DNA from: an uncultured Candidatus Saccharibacteria bacterium
GTDB taxonomy: Bacteria > Patescibacteriota > Minisyncoccia > Minisyncoccales > JAGOPM01
Length of the DNA: 63,434 nt
Assembly: GCA_964596325.1 (NCBI GenBank)
Contig: CAZQSQ010000004.1
Span: forward strand, 1-63,434
Direction of reading: 5' to 3'
Shown: piece by piece, positions 37,213-46,695 of the stretch
Layout of the letters: every line of letters starts with the position of its first letter
How positions within the stretch are numbered: position 1 is the first letter of the stretch
The notes under the pieces: generated by a model
What the model saw: the letters and a program-made list of their open reading frames with translations, nothing else
The model's database searches: none
Told to the model about the DNA's origin: nothing
Program-made: the position numbers and the translations under genes

Positions 37213-38040
37213 ATGGAATATGACTTATTCGATCCAAACCAGATAGAACTGCTGCTCTCCAGCCATGGGTTAAAACCGGCCAAAAAATTCGGACAAAATT
37301 TTATTATGGACCCAGAGGCTGTTGGGGCCATTATTGCCAGCGCACAAATAACAAAAAAAGATACGGTTTTAGAAATCGGCCCTGGCCTGGGAACCCTAAC
37401 AGGGGCACTTTGCAAAACGGCCAAAAATGTCCTAGCTATTGAAAAAGACCCCAATATGGTGGGCATTCTGAGAAAAACCTGCGCCAAATTCAAAAATTTA
37501 CAAATTGTCCAAGCTGACGCCCTAAAATTTGATTGGACGACAATTAAGCCTCCGTATAAAATCGCCTCTAATCTGCCTTATAACGTCGCTTCTCACTTAA
37601 TCCGCCAAATCCTAGAAAGCCAAAACCGGCCGCAACTAATGGCCCTAATGGTTCAGAAAGAAGTAGGGGAGAGAATTGTCGCCCAAGCCCCGGATGCAAA
37701 CATTTTGGGCCTTTCGGTCCAAATATACGCAAATGCCTCTTTGGAACTCATCGTGCCCAGCACTGCCTTCTATCCCGAACCTAAAGTAGACAGCGCCATT
37801 GTCAGGATAGAACCAAAAAATGACGCACCGAACGCTCAAAAAACTGCCGATATTTTCCGTTTGATAAAAATTGGCTTTTCCAGTCCCAGAAAAAAACTCT
37901 CCAATAATCTCAGCACTGGCCTCAACAGGCCCAAAAATGAAATTGAAGCCCTGATGGCCAAAGAAAATATCGATCTTTTGAGCCGCCCGGAAAACCTTTC
38001 TTTGCATGACTGGGAAGTGTTAATAAAACATTTGGGATAA
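37213..38040 (+). CDS. rsmA: 16S rRNA dimethyltransferase
   Basis: KKFGQNF, VLEIGPGLG, SNLPYNV, FYPEPKVDSA. Confidence 0.96.
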   Translation: MEYDLFDPNQIELLLSSHGLKPAKKFGQNFIMDPEAVGAIIASAQITKKDTVLEIGPGLGTLTGALCKTAKNVLAIEKDPNMVGILRKTCAKFKNLQIVQADALKFDWTTIKPPYKIASNLPYNVASHLIRQILESQNRPQLMALMVQKEVGERIVAQAPDANILGLSVQIYANASLELIVPSTAFYPEPKVDSAIVRIEPKNDAPNAQKTADIFRLIKIGFSSPRKKLSNNLSTGLNRPKNEIEALMAKENIDLLSRPENLSLHDWEVLIKHLG

Positions 38041-38085
38041 GCCTTGCGCGCGTGGTAAAATAGTCGTGTAACAACAAATACGCGC

Positions 38086-40584
38086 ATGCAAAATAAATTG
38101 CGTTCTTTTTTCCAAAATTTTGGCAACTTTTTTAATCGTCAAAATGCGCTTTTGGCATTTGGTTTAGTAGCCATTCTCATTTTGCCAACCCATTTCGCCC
38201 ATGCGGGCTTGCTGGATTGGATTTTGAAAGGCGTAATTGCCGCGGTTATGTGGGTTGTAGCCCAAATAGTTTTAGGCCTTTCTCAGGCCTTATTGGGAGT
38301 TTCGGCCTCCTTGATGATGACGATTGCCGACCCTTCATTTGTTTGTGTGCGCTGGGAAGGGAATCAGTGCATGAGTTCGCGCTACACCGAAATTTCCTTT
38401 GTGCGCGACGGCATTATCTTGTGCCGCGACTTAGCGGGAATATTTCTAGTTATGGCCCTTATCAGTATTGGCATCGGTGTGGCTCTTAAATTATTAGATG
38501 CCAAGCAATCACTGACCAAATTCGCCGTTTCGGCCATTTTGGTTTTTATTACCCCAATTATTACCGGCCCTATAATTGATTTTTCCAACGTCTTCATGTT
38601 TTCTTTCTTGAAAACCGGGGCCGCTTCGGGAGTCTTGGGGCAAATTCAGCTTGTTGATGCTTTTATGGATATTTTCGGCAAATCTTGGAGCCAAGATGCT
38701 TCTTTTGCCTCATTTTTCTTAACGGTAATTTCATCGCTTTTGGCGCTTTTGGCTTTTGCGCTCTTTGCCGCCTACACAATGTTTCGAATTGCCATTTTAC
38801 TTTTGAGCCGCTATGTCGCCTTATGGCTTTTAATTATGCTGGCGCCTTTGGCCTTTGCCATGCAAGCCTTGGGGCAACTGCGAGGGCAACCCTATTTCAA
38901 ATTTTTTGAACAAATGGGTCAGTATTATGAAAGATGGTGGCGAGAATTTATCGCTTGGTGTTTTACCGGTATTAATGTTGCCTTGTTCATTTATATCGCC
39001 GGCCGGGTTTCCTTGGCTTTGGCAGGGAACGAATCAAAACTATTCAGGAGTTCACCAATTGGCGGGGAGGTTTTTTACATCATTAATATTTCGGCGGATT
39101 TCGGCAATATCATTTCCATAATCATGCCCATCCTTATCCCACTCATCATTTTGCATATGGGTTATAAACTTTCTTTGGAGTGGGGAGCTTCGGGCGCCAC
39201 TGCTGTCATCGGGGCAGCTGACGGAATGGTAAATCTTGGCAAGACCGCTTTATTGGGCGCAGGTGCTGCCGCAGGCGGCGCCGTGATGGGCAAAGCCTTG
39301 GCGAGCGGAGCAGGACAAAAAGCTTTAACTGGAATACAAGGCATGACAACGGCTACGGCCAAAGATTCTAAATTCGGCAAGTGGCTCAAAAATACCAGCC
39401 TCTCGCAATCAATTAATGCCGCGGCTTCTCGCGGCCTCGAGAAGAGCGACAAAGTCATCGGCCAAAGGCAAAAAGCCGCCGACGAAAAAATTACTCGGGC
39501 CAAAAAACTCGACGAACGCATGGAGGCTCAGGGCAGGGAAGGAAAATATATGGAAAACTTGGCAACAGTGGCGCCTATGTTTGAGCCCAATTATCAGGAA
39601 AGAGCTAAACTGATTGAATTGGCCAAGAAAGGAAAAATTCCCGGACTTAAAGACGAAGAAAAACAAAAAATCCTGGCCAATAAAAGCATCGATACCAAGA
39701 CCAGAAAGGCTATGGTGGAAGCCGACCAGTTCATTCTTAATGATAAAGTCTTGGGCGAAGAATTTCTTAATGTTTATAACACCAAGGATATTAAGGATGC
39801 CGGCAGCATTGCCATGAATGAAGCCATAAACAAAGCCGGTGTCGATTTGACTGGCGGGCAAGGCGAAAAGCGCAAGAGCCTGCTTAAAGAAATTTTCAAA
39901 TCCGCCAACTTTGGCCGCAGTTACGATTCCGAGATGACCGCTCTGGGCCTTACCGATGCCCAGCAGCAAGATATCAGGGAAGCGCGCCAGAAATTCTATG
40001 ACAAAGTCAAGGAACAGGCGGTTAAAGATGCCATCGGCTCACTCAATAAAGAAAAATTGGATAATCTTAGCCATGAGGATTTGATGAAGCCGGATTTGAT
40101 TGAAAAAATTGCCAAGTATAGCAAAGACAAAGATGTTATTATGGGCGCGGCTAAGAGAGGCGGCAGTGAGTGGTTCGAGCAATACGTGCAAGCTATTCCT
40201 CCTGACAAGATTAATAAGACCATTGGAATGTTTTCGGCTGATGATTTCAAATCAATGGGAACAAGCACCTTGTCGGCTCCCGCTACTTTGCAACCCATGA
40301 TGGCCAATATCTCTAAACCTGATGCTTTTGGCTCTTACATGTCCCAATTACCCGATGATCCGCAGATAAATCAACAGATACAGCAAATCATTAATGACCC
40401 TGTTTGGCAAACCAACGCCTTGAAAAATAATAATACCGCGGGCTTTAATTGGGCCGCAACGCTTGGCGCCAGAAACAGGCAAATCAAGCTTAATGATATT
40501 CACGGAAATCCGATTGACTTTACTTCCGATACAAAAGCCGCCAAGCAGAAGATTCAAGAATTAATTAATGCTCGCGTCCCGTAA
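38086..40584 (+). CDS. VirB6/TrbL-like polytopic membrane protein with a long charged tail
   Basis: Multiple TMs (RYVALWLLIMLAPLAF..YYERWWREFIAWCF), Gly/Ala linker, charged C-terminal half; precedes the PrgI/VirB4 genes. Confidence 0.7.
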   Translation: MQNKLRSFFQNFGNFFNRQNALLAFGLVAILILPTHFAHAGLLDWILKGVIAAVMWVVAQIVLGLSQALLGVSASLMMTIADPSFVCVRWEGNQCMSSRYTEISFVRDGIILCRDLAGIFLVMALISIGIGVALKLLDAKQSLTKFAVSAILVFITPIITGPIIDFSNVFMFSFLKTGAASGVLGQIQLVDAFMDIFGKSWSQDASFASFFLTVISSLLALLAFALFAAYTMFRIAILLLSRYVALWLLIMLAPLAFAMQALGQLRGQPYFKFFEQMGQYYERWWREFIAWCFTGINVALFIYIAGRVSLALAGNESKLFRSSPIGGEVFYIINISADFGNIISIIMPILIPLIILHMGYKLSLEWGASGATAVIGAADGMVNLGKTALLGAGAAAGGAVMGKALASGAGQKALTGIQGMTTATAKDSKFGKWLKNTSLSQSINAAASRGLEKSDKVIGQRQKAADEKITRAKKLDERMEAQGREGKYMENLATVAPMFEPNYQERAKLIELAKKGKIPGLKDEEKQKILANKSIDTKTRKAMVEADQFILNDKVLGEEFLNVYNTKDIKDAGSIAMNEAINKAGVDLTGGQGEKRKSLLKEIFKSANFGRSYDSEMTALGLTDAQQQDIREARQKFYDKVKEQAVKDAIGSLNKEKLDNLSHEDLMKPDLIEKIAKYSKDKDVIMGAAKRGGSEWFEQYVQAIPPDKINKTIGMFSADDFKSMGTSTLSAPATLQPMMANISKPDAFGSYMSQLPDDPQINQQIQQIINDPVWQTNALKNNNTAGFNWAATLGARNRQIKLNDIHGNPIDFTSDTKAAKQKIQELINARVP

Positions 40585-40588
40585 TATT

Positions 40589-41029
40589 ATGGTTAACTCT
40601 TCCGATGTTGATTTTGAAAAAATGTATAAAGCTCTGCCGCCAGACTTAAAGGAAATTTTGAATTCCTCGGAAGTCAACGATACTATAATTTCCGTTTGCG
40701 AAGGATACGGTTTTGCGGAAAAATTTGCCGAAGTTCAAAAAAATGTCGGACTGGTTTTAGCCGGAGCGCTCTCTGTGGAAGATTTCAAAAATTACATTCA
40801 GATGCTTTCCGAGCAGGGTGGGGTGGCGGCCTATAACAAAATTTATGTTGTCGCCTTTGCCCCGGTGGAGCGCTACCAAATTTTAGAGAACGGTCAAACA
40901 TTTTTTGGCAGCATGCCCGCTCCCTTACCCAAAGATACCCCCAATGAACCGCTTAAAACATCTTGGGCACCCCCGAGGCCTTCCCAAGAAGCGGGCGGAG
41001 CGGACCCTTATCGGGAAAAACCAGAATAA
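40589..41029 (+). CDS. Hypothetical protein in the T4SS-like cluster
   Basis: Helical domain (YKALPPDLKEIL..VGLVLAGAL) plus a Pro tail ending DPYREKPE. Confidence 0.7.
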   Translation: MVNSSDVDFEKMYKALPPDLKEILNSSEVNDTIISVCEGYGFAEKFAEVQKNVGLVLAGALSVEDFKNYIQMLSEQGGVAAYNKIYVVAFAPVERYQILENGQTFFGSMPAPLPKDTPNEPLKTSWAPPRPSQEAGGADPYREKPE

Positions 41030-41032
41030 TTT

Positions 41033-41428
41033 ATGGATTATCCTGTACCACAAATACAACACGAAACTAAAATTGGCGGCCTAACCTTTTCACAGCTTAT
41101 TTTTGTCGGGGGAGGGGTGGCTTTAGCTTCTATATTGTATTTTATTATTCCCCAATATTCCCACATTGTTTTTCCGATTATCGCCCTAGTAACTTTAGGT
41201 TTGGCTTTTGGCAGCGTGCACGGTATGAGCATTCCGACTTTTGTAGGCAAAACCATTTCTTATTTTTTTATCGGGCACACCTATATATGGAAGAGTAAGC
41301 GCTATGAGATATTTTCCCAGCAAAACAAATTGCCCACAGAAAAAAAAGATACCGCCATGCCCGAATTGCCCAAATCGTCTATTACTAGAAGGCAAAGCAA
41401 AATTTCGGACTTAAATAAAATGATATGA
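41033..41428 (+). CDS. PrgI/VirB3-like protein
   Basis: YPVPQ..ETKIGGLTFSQLIF, two TMs, YIWK. Confidence 0.85.
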   Translation: MDYPVPQIQHETKIGGLTFSQLIFVGGGVALASILYFIIPQYSHIVFPIIALVTLGLAFGSVHGMSIPTFVGKTISYFFIGHTYIWKSKRYEIFSQQNKLPTEKKDTAMPELPKSSITRRQSKISDLNKMI

Positions 41429-42072
41429 TTGAAAGGCCTAAAAAAAATAATACTTTAGCCGCCCAAGACTTTTTAGGGATTTTAGATATCCGCGAGAGCA
41501 CAATAATCCTAAAAGATAAAAGTCTCCGCGGGCTGCTTTATGTCACTTCCCAAAATTTCGGGCTTAAATCCAGCGAAGAACAGGACGCCATTATTTTCCA
41601 ATTTCAACAATTTCTCAATTCTTTGGATTTTCCCTGCCAAATAGTCGTGCAGTCGCGCAAGCTGAACATGCAGCGCTATTTTGATGACCTGAGGGCCTTG
41701 GAGGGGCAGCAACAAAATCCTTTGTTAAAAATCCAAATGCAGGAATACCTGAAATTTATTGAAGGCTTGGTCAAATCCGGAACGATTATGACGAAAAACT
41801 TTTTCGTCGCCGTGCCCTTTTATCTGACAGAAATATCAGGGATTTCGGTAAGCAAAAAACTTGTTAATGATTTGACTGAAGAAAATTTCCAAAGAGCTAA
41901 AAACCAGCTTTGGCAACGTTTAGAATTTGTCGCCTTGGGCCTAAAACGCTCCGGCCTGCAAGCCGCCGCCTTAAGCACTGAGGAGATAATTGATTTGCTT
42001 TGGTCACTCTATCACACTCGCGAAGCCGAACAAGGGTATTACCCAGAGCTTCCGCCAGAATTAATCAAATAA
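41425..42072 (+). CDS. VirB4/TraE N-terminal-like accessory protein
   Basis: FGLKSSEEQDAIIFQFQQFLNSLDFPCQIVVQSRKL..KNFFVAVPF. Confidence 0.8.
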   Translation: MIERPKKNNTLAAQDFLGILDIRESTIILKDKSLRGLLYVTSQNFGLKSSEEQDAIIFQFQQFLNSLDFPCQIVVQSRKLNMQRYFDDLRALEGQQQNPLLKIQMQEYLKFIEGLVKSGTIMTKNFFVAVPFYLTEISGISVSKKLVNDLTEENFQRAKNQLWQRLEFVALGLKRSGLQAAALSTEEIIDLLWSLYHTREAEQGYYPELPPELIK

Positions 42073-42076
42073 CATT

Positions 42077-43876
42077 ATGGGATTGCTCGACTTCTTAAAA
42101 AAATCCAACCAGGATTCACCCCCCGTGCCACCGGGATTCGATAATTTCCAAACCGTAACCCCGATGGACATCATCGTCCCCAACGAAATCGATGTTAAAC
42201 CGACTATGTTAAGCCTGGGCGGGAGGCTTTCGCGAACTTACTTTATTTTTTCCTACCCCCGATATCTTAATGTCGGCTGGCTTTCCCAGGTGATAAATAT
42301 GGATACGGCCTTGGACATTTCCCTCTATATCCATCCCATGGATACGGCCAATACACTTAAAGAATTACGCCGCAAAGTTACGGATATTGAAGCGGAAATG
42401 ATGGATCGCGACCAAAAAGGACTTATTCGCGACCCTGGCCTGGAAACCGCTTACAAGGATTTGGAAGCCTTGCGCACTAACCTCCAAACAGGGCAGGAGA
42501 GAATATTCAATCTGGGTCTTTATATAACGGCTTATGCCGACCAAGAAGCCGAACTCAATGAAATTGAGCTGCAGTTGCGCCAAGCCTTAGAGGCCCGCCT
42601 CAGTTACATCAAGCCGGCTTATTACGAACAAAAAGAGGGCTTCATTTCTACTTCTCCATATTGCTGGGATTTGCTGGTTAAACACAGCCCCATGAACACC
42701 CAAACTTTAGCCACGAGTTTTCCCTTTATCTCCTTTGATTTAAGTTCCAACGAGGGTATCTTATACGGCATCAATAAACACAATAATTCCTTGGTGCTTT
42801 TTGACCGCTTCGGCCTGCAAAATGCCAACGAGGTTATTTTTGCCACAGCTGGTTCAGGAAAATCATATTTTGCCAAATTAGAAATTCTACGCCACTTGAT
42901 GTTTGGTGTCGATATTATCGTTATTGATCCGGAAAACGAATATAAATTCCTCTCTGAAGCGGTTGGCGGATCATTCTTTAATATCTCCTTATCGTCACAG
43001 GATCACGTTAATCCATTCGATATCTCTTGGAGCAACCCCGACGAAAACCCCGAGGATGTTTTACGCAGCAGTATTATCAGCTTGGTCGGGCTTTTTCGGA
43101 TTATGTTGGGAGGCTTGACTCCTGAAGAAGATTCTATTATCGACCAAGCCATAACCGAAACTTACGCCGCCAAAGATATCACCACTAAAAGCGATCCGAC
43201 TCTCTGGGCGGAAAATGTGCCCACGATGAGCGATTTCGAATCAGTTCTGGAGAATATGCAGGGAGCCGAGCACCTTTTGGCCAAAATCAGAAAATATACC
43301 CAAGGAACTTTCGCCCAATTCTTTAACCAAAAAACCAATATTACCCTTGATAATAATCTGGTGGTTTTTGGTATCCGTGATATGGAAGATTCGTTGCGCC
43401 CCATCGCCATCTATATGGTGATGAAATACGTTTGGAATATGGTACGCAGCTCGCTTAAAAAAAGAATTTTGGTTATTGATGAGGCTTGGTGGCTAATGCA
43501 AAACGAAGATTCGGCCTCTTTCTTATTTGGCATCGTCAAGCGCGCGCGCAAATATTGGCTAGGGGTTTCCACTATCACCCAAGACGTTGAAGACTTTATG
43601 AAATCGGAATATGGCAAGCCGGTAGTTACTAATTCTTCAATTGTTTTTTTGATGAAGCAATCCAGCGCCACTATTGAAACTGTTCAACAAACTTTTAACC
43701 TGACAGATGGAGAAAAAATGCTCCTCTTGGAATCTCCGGTAGGAGAGGGGATATTCTTTGCAGGGCAAAAACACGTTGTTATGAGAGCAATGGCCTCTTA
43801 TGCTGAGAACCAATTCATCACCACTAGTCCCGATGAGGTTAAAAAAATCATTGCGGCCAAAAAATTTGGGGGATGA
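42077..43876 (+). CDS. virB4: VirB4/TraC-like ATPase
   Basis: YGIN..SLVLFDRF; Walker A ATAGSGKS; VIDPENEY; Walker B ILVIDEAW; GEGIFF. Confidence 0.9.
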   Translation: MGLLDFLKKSNQDSPPVPPGFDNFQTVTPMDIIVPNEIDVKPTMLSLGGRLSRTYFIFSYPRYLNVGWLSQVINMDTALDISLYIHPMDTANTLKELRRKVTDIEAEMMDRDQKGLIRDPGLETAYKDLEALRTNLQTGQERIFNLGLYITAYADQEAELNEIELQLRQALEARLSYIKPAYYEQKEGFISTSPYCWDLLVKHSPMNTQTLATSFPFISFDLSSNEGILYGINKHNNSLVLFDRFGLQNANEVIFATAGSGKSYFAKLEILRHLMFGVDIIVIDPENEYKFLSEAVGGSFFNISLSSQDHVNPFDISWSNPDENPEDVLRSSIISLVGLFRIMLGGLTPEEDSIIDQAITETYAAKDITTKSDPTLWAENVPTMSDFESVLENMQGAEHLLAKIRKYTQGTFAQFFNQKTNITLDNNLVVFGIRDMEDSLRPIAIYMVMKYVWNMVRSSLKKRILVIDEAWWLMQNEDSASFLFGIVKRARKYWLGVSTITQDVEDFMKSEYGKPVVTNSSIVFLMKQSSATIETVQQTFNLTDGEKMLLLESPVGEGIFFAGQKHVVMRAMASYAENQFITTSPDEVKKIIAAKKFGG

Positions 43877-45807
43877 AAAATCCAATAATCAAAAAACTGT
43901 TTTGGCTTTCTTGGCTAGCCGCTTTGGCGGTTATTCTTTTTCCTTGTGCGACCTTTGCCCAAGTTAAAGCAGTACCCACACCAGTCACACCGAGCAATGA
44001 AGGTATAGTTACCCCGGTTAAACCGAACAATGACTTTCGAAATTGGTGCCAAGTAAATTATCCGAATTTTAACTGCAATAGCGTTCCGGATTTGGGCCAA
44101 TATATCGCTTATTTGTATCGCTTGGCCGTTTATGCCGCCGCCATAATTGTAATTTTTATAATCGTCCGGGAAGGCTTTGCTTATTTTTTAGCCTCGGGCA
44201 ATCCCGGCAAGTCCAATGAAGCCAAAGGGAAAATTTATTCGGCTTTTTTGGGTTTGATTATCCTTTTGGCCGGTTCGTTGATCTTAAGCACCATCAGCCC
44301 GAACCTAAACTCCCTGGACTTAAATTTGAAGCCCTTGGTTTACAGTTTTAAGGCCCTACAGGGCAAAGAGCGCACTGTTACCACCCGCTATCTAGCTATC
44401 CCACTGGGGGAAATAATCACTGAAGCTTCTTTTAGTGAAAATTTCATGAAATCCATTGTCGGGACGGCTGACCAGGCAGAGAAGCTGAAAAAAAATAATA
44501 AAGAAATCCAAGCGCTGGTTGAAGAATTTTATAGCACGATGCAGGTCTGCACCTGCGGACAGTCACGCTGTTTGGATAATGTTTCTCCTTGCAGTAATGC
44601 CATTTGCACTACCGGGTCTTGCGACAAAGAAAAGCTCGCTGCGCTAAAAAGCCAAATCACGGAAAAAATTTCCACTCAAAGAGAAAATATCGCCACCGTC
44701 CGCTCGGAAATGAGAAAACAAGGCAAGGGATTTGAAACACCTAAAAGCTCGCTGCGCCAATTAAGCGCGGTTAATACCTTGCTTAATTTGACCGACGGGA
44801 TAAATGTTATCGGTTATTATGATTTTTTATCTTTGCGTGAAGATGCGGGCAAAAATATAATCATTGAATACGACACCAATCCTTTCCCGGAGTGGAAGCC
44901 GCTTTTCGACAGAAAAACTTTTGATCCGACTGTTTTTTATATCAATAAAGAAGAAGCTGAACTCGCAATCATTCAAGCCCAACATTCTATGAAAAATATG
45001 AATGTTGACCCCATTACTGATGCAGAACGCTACAGCCATGGAGCCGCTAGCGGCACAAAAGACCCCAACTTCGACCCGGGAGATGATAGCGATCAGCCTT
45101 TGCCTGAACCGCCTAGCGATACTAATAAATTACCCAGAAACTATCCTATGTGGTACCAGGGCGATGGAGCTTGGGGGAATTGCCTGCGCGGCATAGGCGG
45201 CTCGGCGCCTTTATGGAAAAGTGGCTGCGCCGACACTTCTTTGTCTATGGCTATCGGTTATTGGTATAAATACAACGCTATCACCCGCCGCAGTTGGCTC
45301 TCTTACATCCGCAAGAACCCTCCGTCTTCTAATATGGATACGGCTGGGGGGTCTTGCTTACGCCCAGAAGGTGACGCTCCAGACCCTTATCGGGTGCTTT
45401 ATTATATGAATTACTACGGGGGCAACCTCTCTGATGGAACTTGGGATGAAGAGGCTTTGGGAAATTGGCTGGAGAAAATCAATCTGACTTTACAGCCGCT
45501 CTATAGAAAGTCTTTTGATGCAATCGCGCACCAGTCTAATGATTTGGGTAAAAGCGTTTTATTGTTTTGCGATCATTTTGGTTTAGGGCGTTCATATCGC
45601 GCCAGTAAAACCCGCTGCTCTTGGGAAGGGGATTTTGCCTGCAACCACTACGTTTTAGTGACAAAAGTCGAGGGAGATAAAATGTACATCAATGACCCGG
45701 GTTTTGGGGAACCTTACCTCACAAGGGGAGAATTCTCTTATTTTTCTTGCGGCGAGGTAGTAAATGAAGATATGTCTTTTGCAGTTTATCCAATAAAATG
45801 GAAATAA
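43873..45807 (+). CDS. T4SS pilin fused to a Cys-rich helical domain and a C39-like peptidase
   Basis: YIAYLYRLAV..GFAYFLASGNPGKSNEAKGKIYSAFLGL; WYQGDGAW..SGCADTS..NHYVLV..YINDPG. Confidence 0.78.
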   Translation: MKNPIIKKLFWLSWLAALAVILFPCATFAQVKAVPTPVTPSNEGIVTPVKPNNDFRNWCQVNYPNFNCNSVPDLGQYIAYLYRLAVYAAAIIVIFIIVREGFAYFLASGNPGKSNEAKGKIYSAFLGLIILLAGSLILSTISPNLNSLDLNLKPLVYSFKALQGKERTVTTRYLAIPLGEIITEASFSENFMKSIVGTADQAEKLKKNNKEIQALVEEFYSTMQVCTCGQSRCLDNVSPCSNAICTTGSCDKEKLAALKSQITEKISTQRENIATVRSEMRKQGKGFETPKSSLRQLSAVNTLLNLTDGINVIGYYDFLSLREDAGKNIIIEYDTNPFPEWKPLFDRKTFDPTVFYINKEEAELAIIQAQHSMKNMNVDPITDAERYSHGAASGTKDPNFDPGDDSDQPLPEPPSDTNKLPRNYPMWYQGDGAWGNCLRGIGGSAPLWKSGCADTSLSMAIGYWYKYNAITRRSWLSYIRKNPPSSNMDTAGGSCLRPEGDAPDPYRVLYYMNYYGGNLSDGTWDEEALGNWLEKINLTLQPLYRKSFDAIAHQSNDLGKSVLLFCDHFGLGRSYRASKTRCSWEGDFACNHYVLVTKVEGDKMYINDPGFGEPYLTRGEFSYFSCGEVVNEDMSFAVYPIKWK

Positions 45808-46691
45808 AAATCCGCCAATTTATATTCTTCCTATTATTGATTTCACCCCTGCACATTTGTGGAGCGGCAGTTTCCGCCACTCCAGCGCCCGATGTCTCAA
45901 CGATTGTGGAATACACTTCAAGCGGAAACCAAAACGAAGCTTATTTGCGCGATGCGATCCCGATCGGAGATGCTTTTTTTCATGCAATAAGGTTTTTAAC
46001 CGATATTAGTAATGAAATTGGCGGCATGACCGACGATTCGGAGGATTATCTTAATTCTGTCCAAAATTTTCTTAAACTCTCTGATTCTTGCAACCCCTCT
46101 TCGTGTAAAGCCCGCTGCGAATTTGATTGCCCCTCGGGTGCCAACGGCCCGCAGGATTGTTATTGCAAGCCTCTGCCGCCCGAGCCTAAAACCATGTGCA
46201 ATATGGAGGCAGCCGACGAAAACTATAAGCTTCTGACGGAAAAATTTGAAGCCGCTACTCGCAGCAGCCAAAACTATCTGGACCTTATCGAAAAGGCTAA
46301 GCCGCCCACCGACGATATTGAGAGGGTTAGCGGCGCCAGCTTAAGAGATATAATTATTGCCAGCCGCTCAATAGACCCTTATCGAGCATTTTACCAAAGC
46401 TATAACCAAATATTCCGAGGTAAAATTAATACCAGTTTGCCAGTAGTTTATCCGTCAAATTATGTTGTGGAAATGGAATATATAAAAAGAAAACTTGATC
46501 TTTCCCGGTTGGGATTTTTGCGCTGTAATACCCCCACTTCCAAAGAAGAAGATGTGATAGCTATCGGGGAAGGGGATATGGAATATAAGGGCCCTCTCCG
46601 GATAGATTTTATTCTACAAAATTATGGAACACTCCCCGATGAGCCCACCAACCATTTAGATTATTTTTGTTATTCTTATCAAAATATTTAA
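45798..46691 (+). CDS. Secreted Cys-rich protein
   Basis: Signal peptide; IPIGD..SCNPSSCKARCEFDC..DCYC..MCN. Confidence 0.7.
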   Translation: MEIKIRQFIFFLLLISPLHICGAAVSATPAPDVSTIVEYTSSGNQNEAYLRDAIPIGDAFFHAIRFLTDISNEIGGMTDDSEDYLNSVQNFLKLSDSCNPSSCKARCEFDCPSGANGPQDCYCKPLPPEPKTMCNMEAADENYKLLTEKFEAATRSSQNYLDLIEKAKPPTDDIERVSGASLRDIIIASRSIDPYRAFYQSYNQIFRGKINTSLPVVYPSNYVVEMEYIKRKLDLSRLGFLRCNTPTSKEEDVIAIGEGDMEYKGPLRIDFILQNYGTLPDEPTNHLDYFCYSYQNI

Positions 46692-46695
46692 TCTT

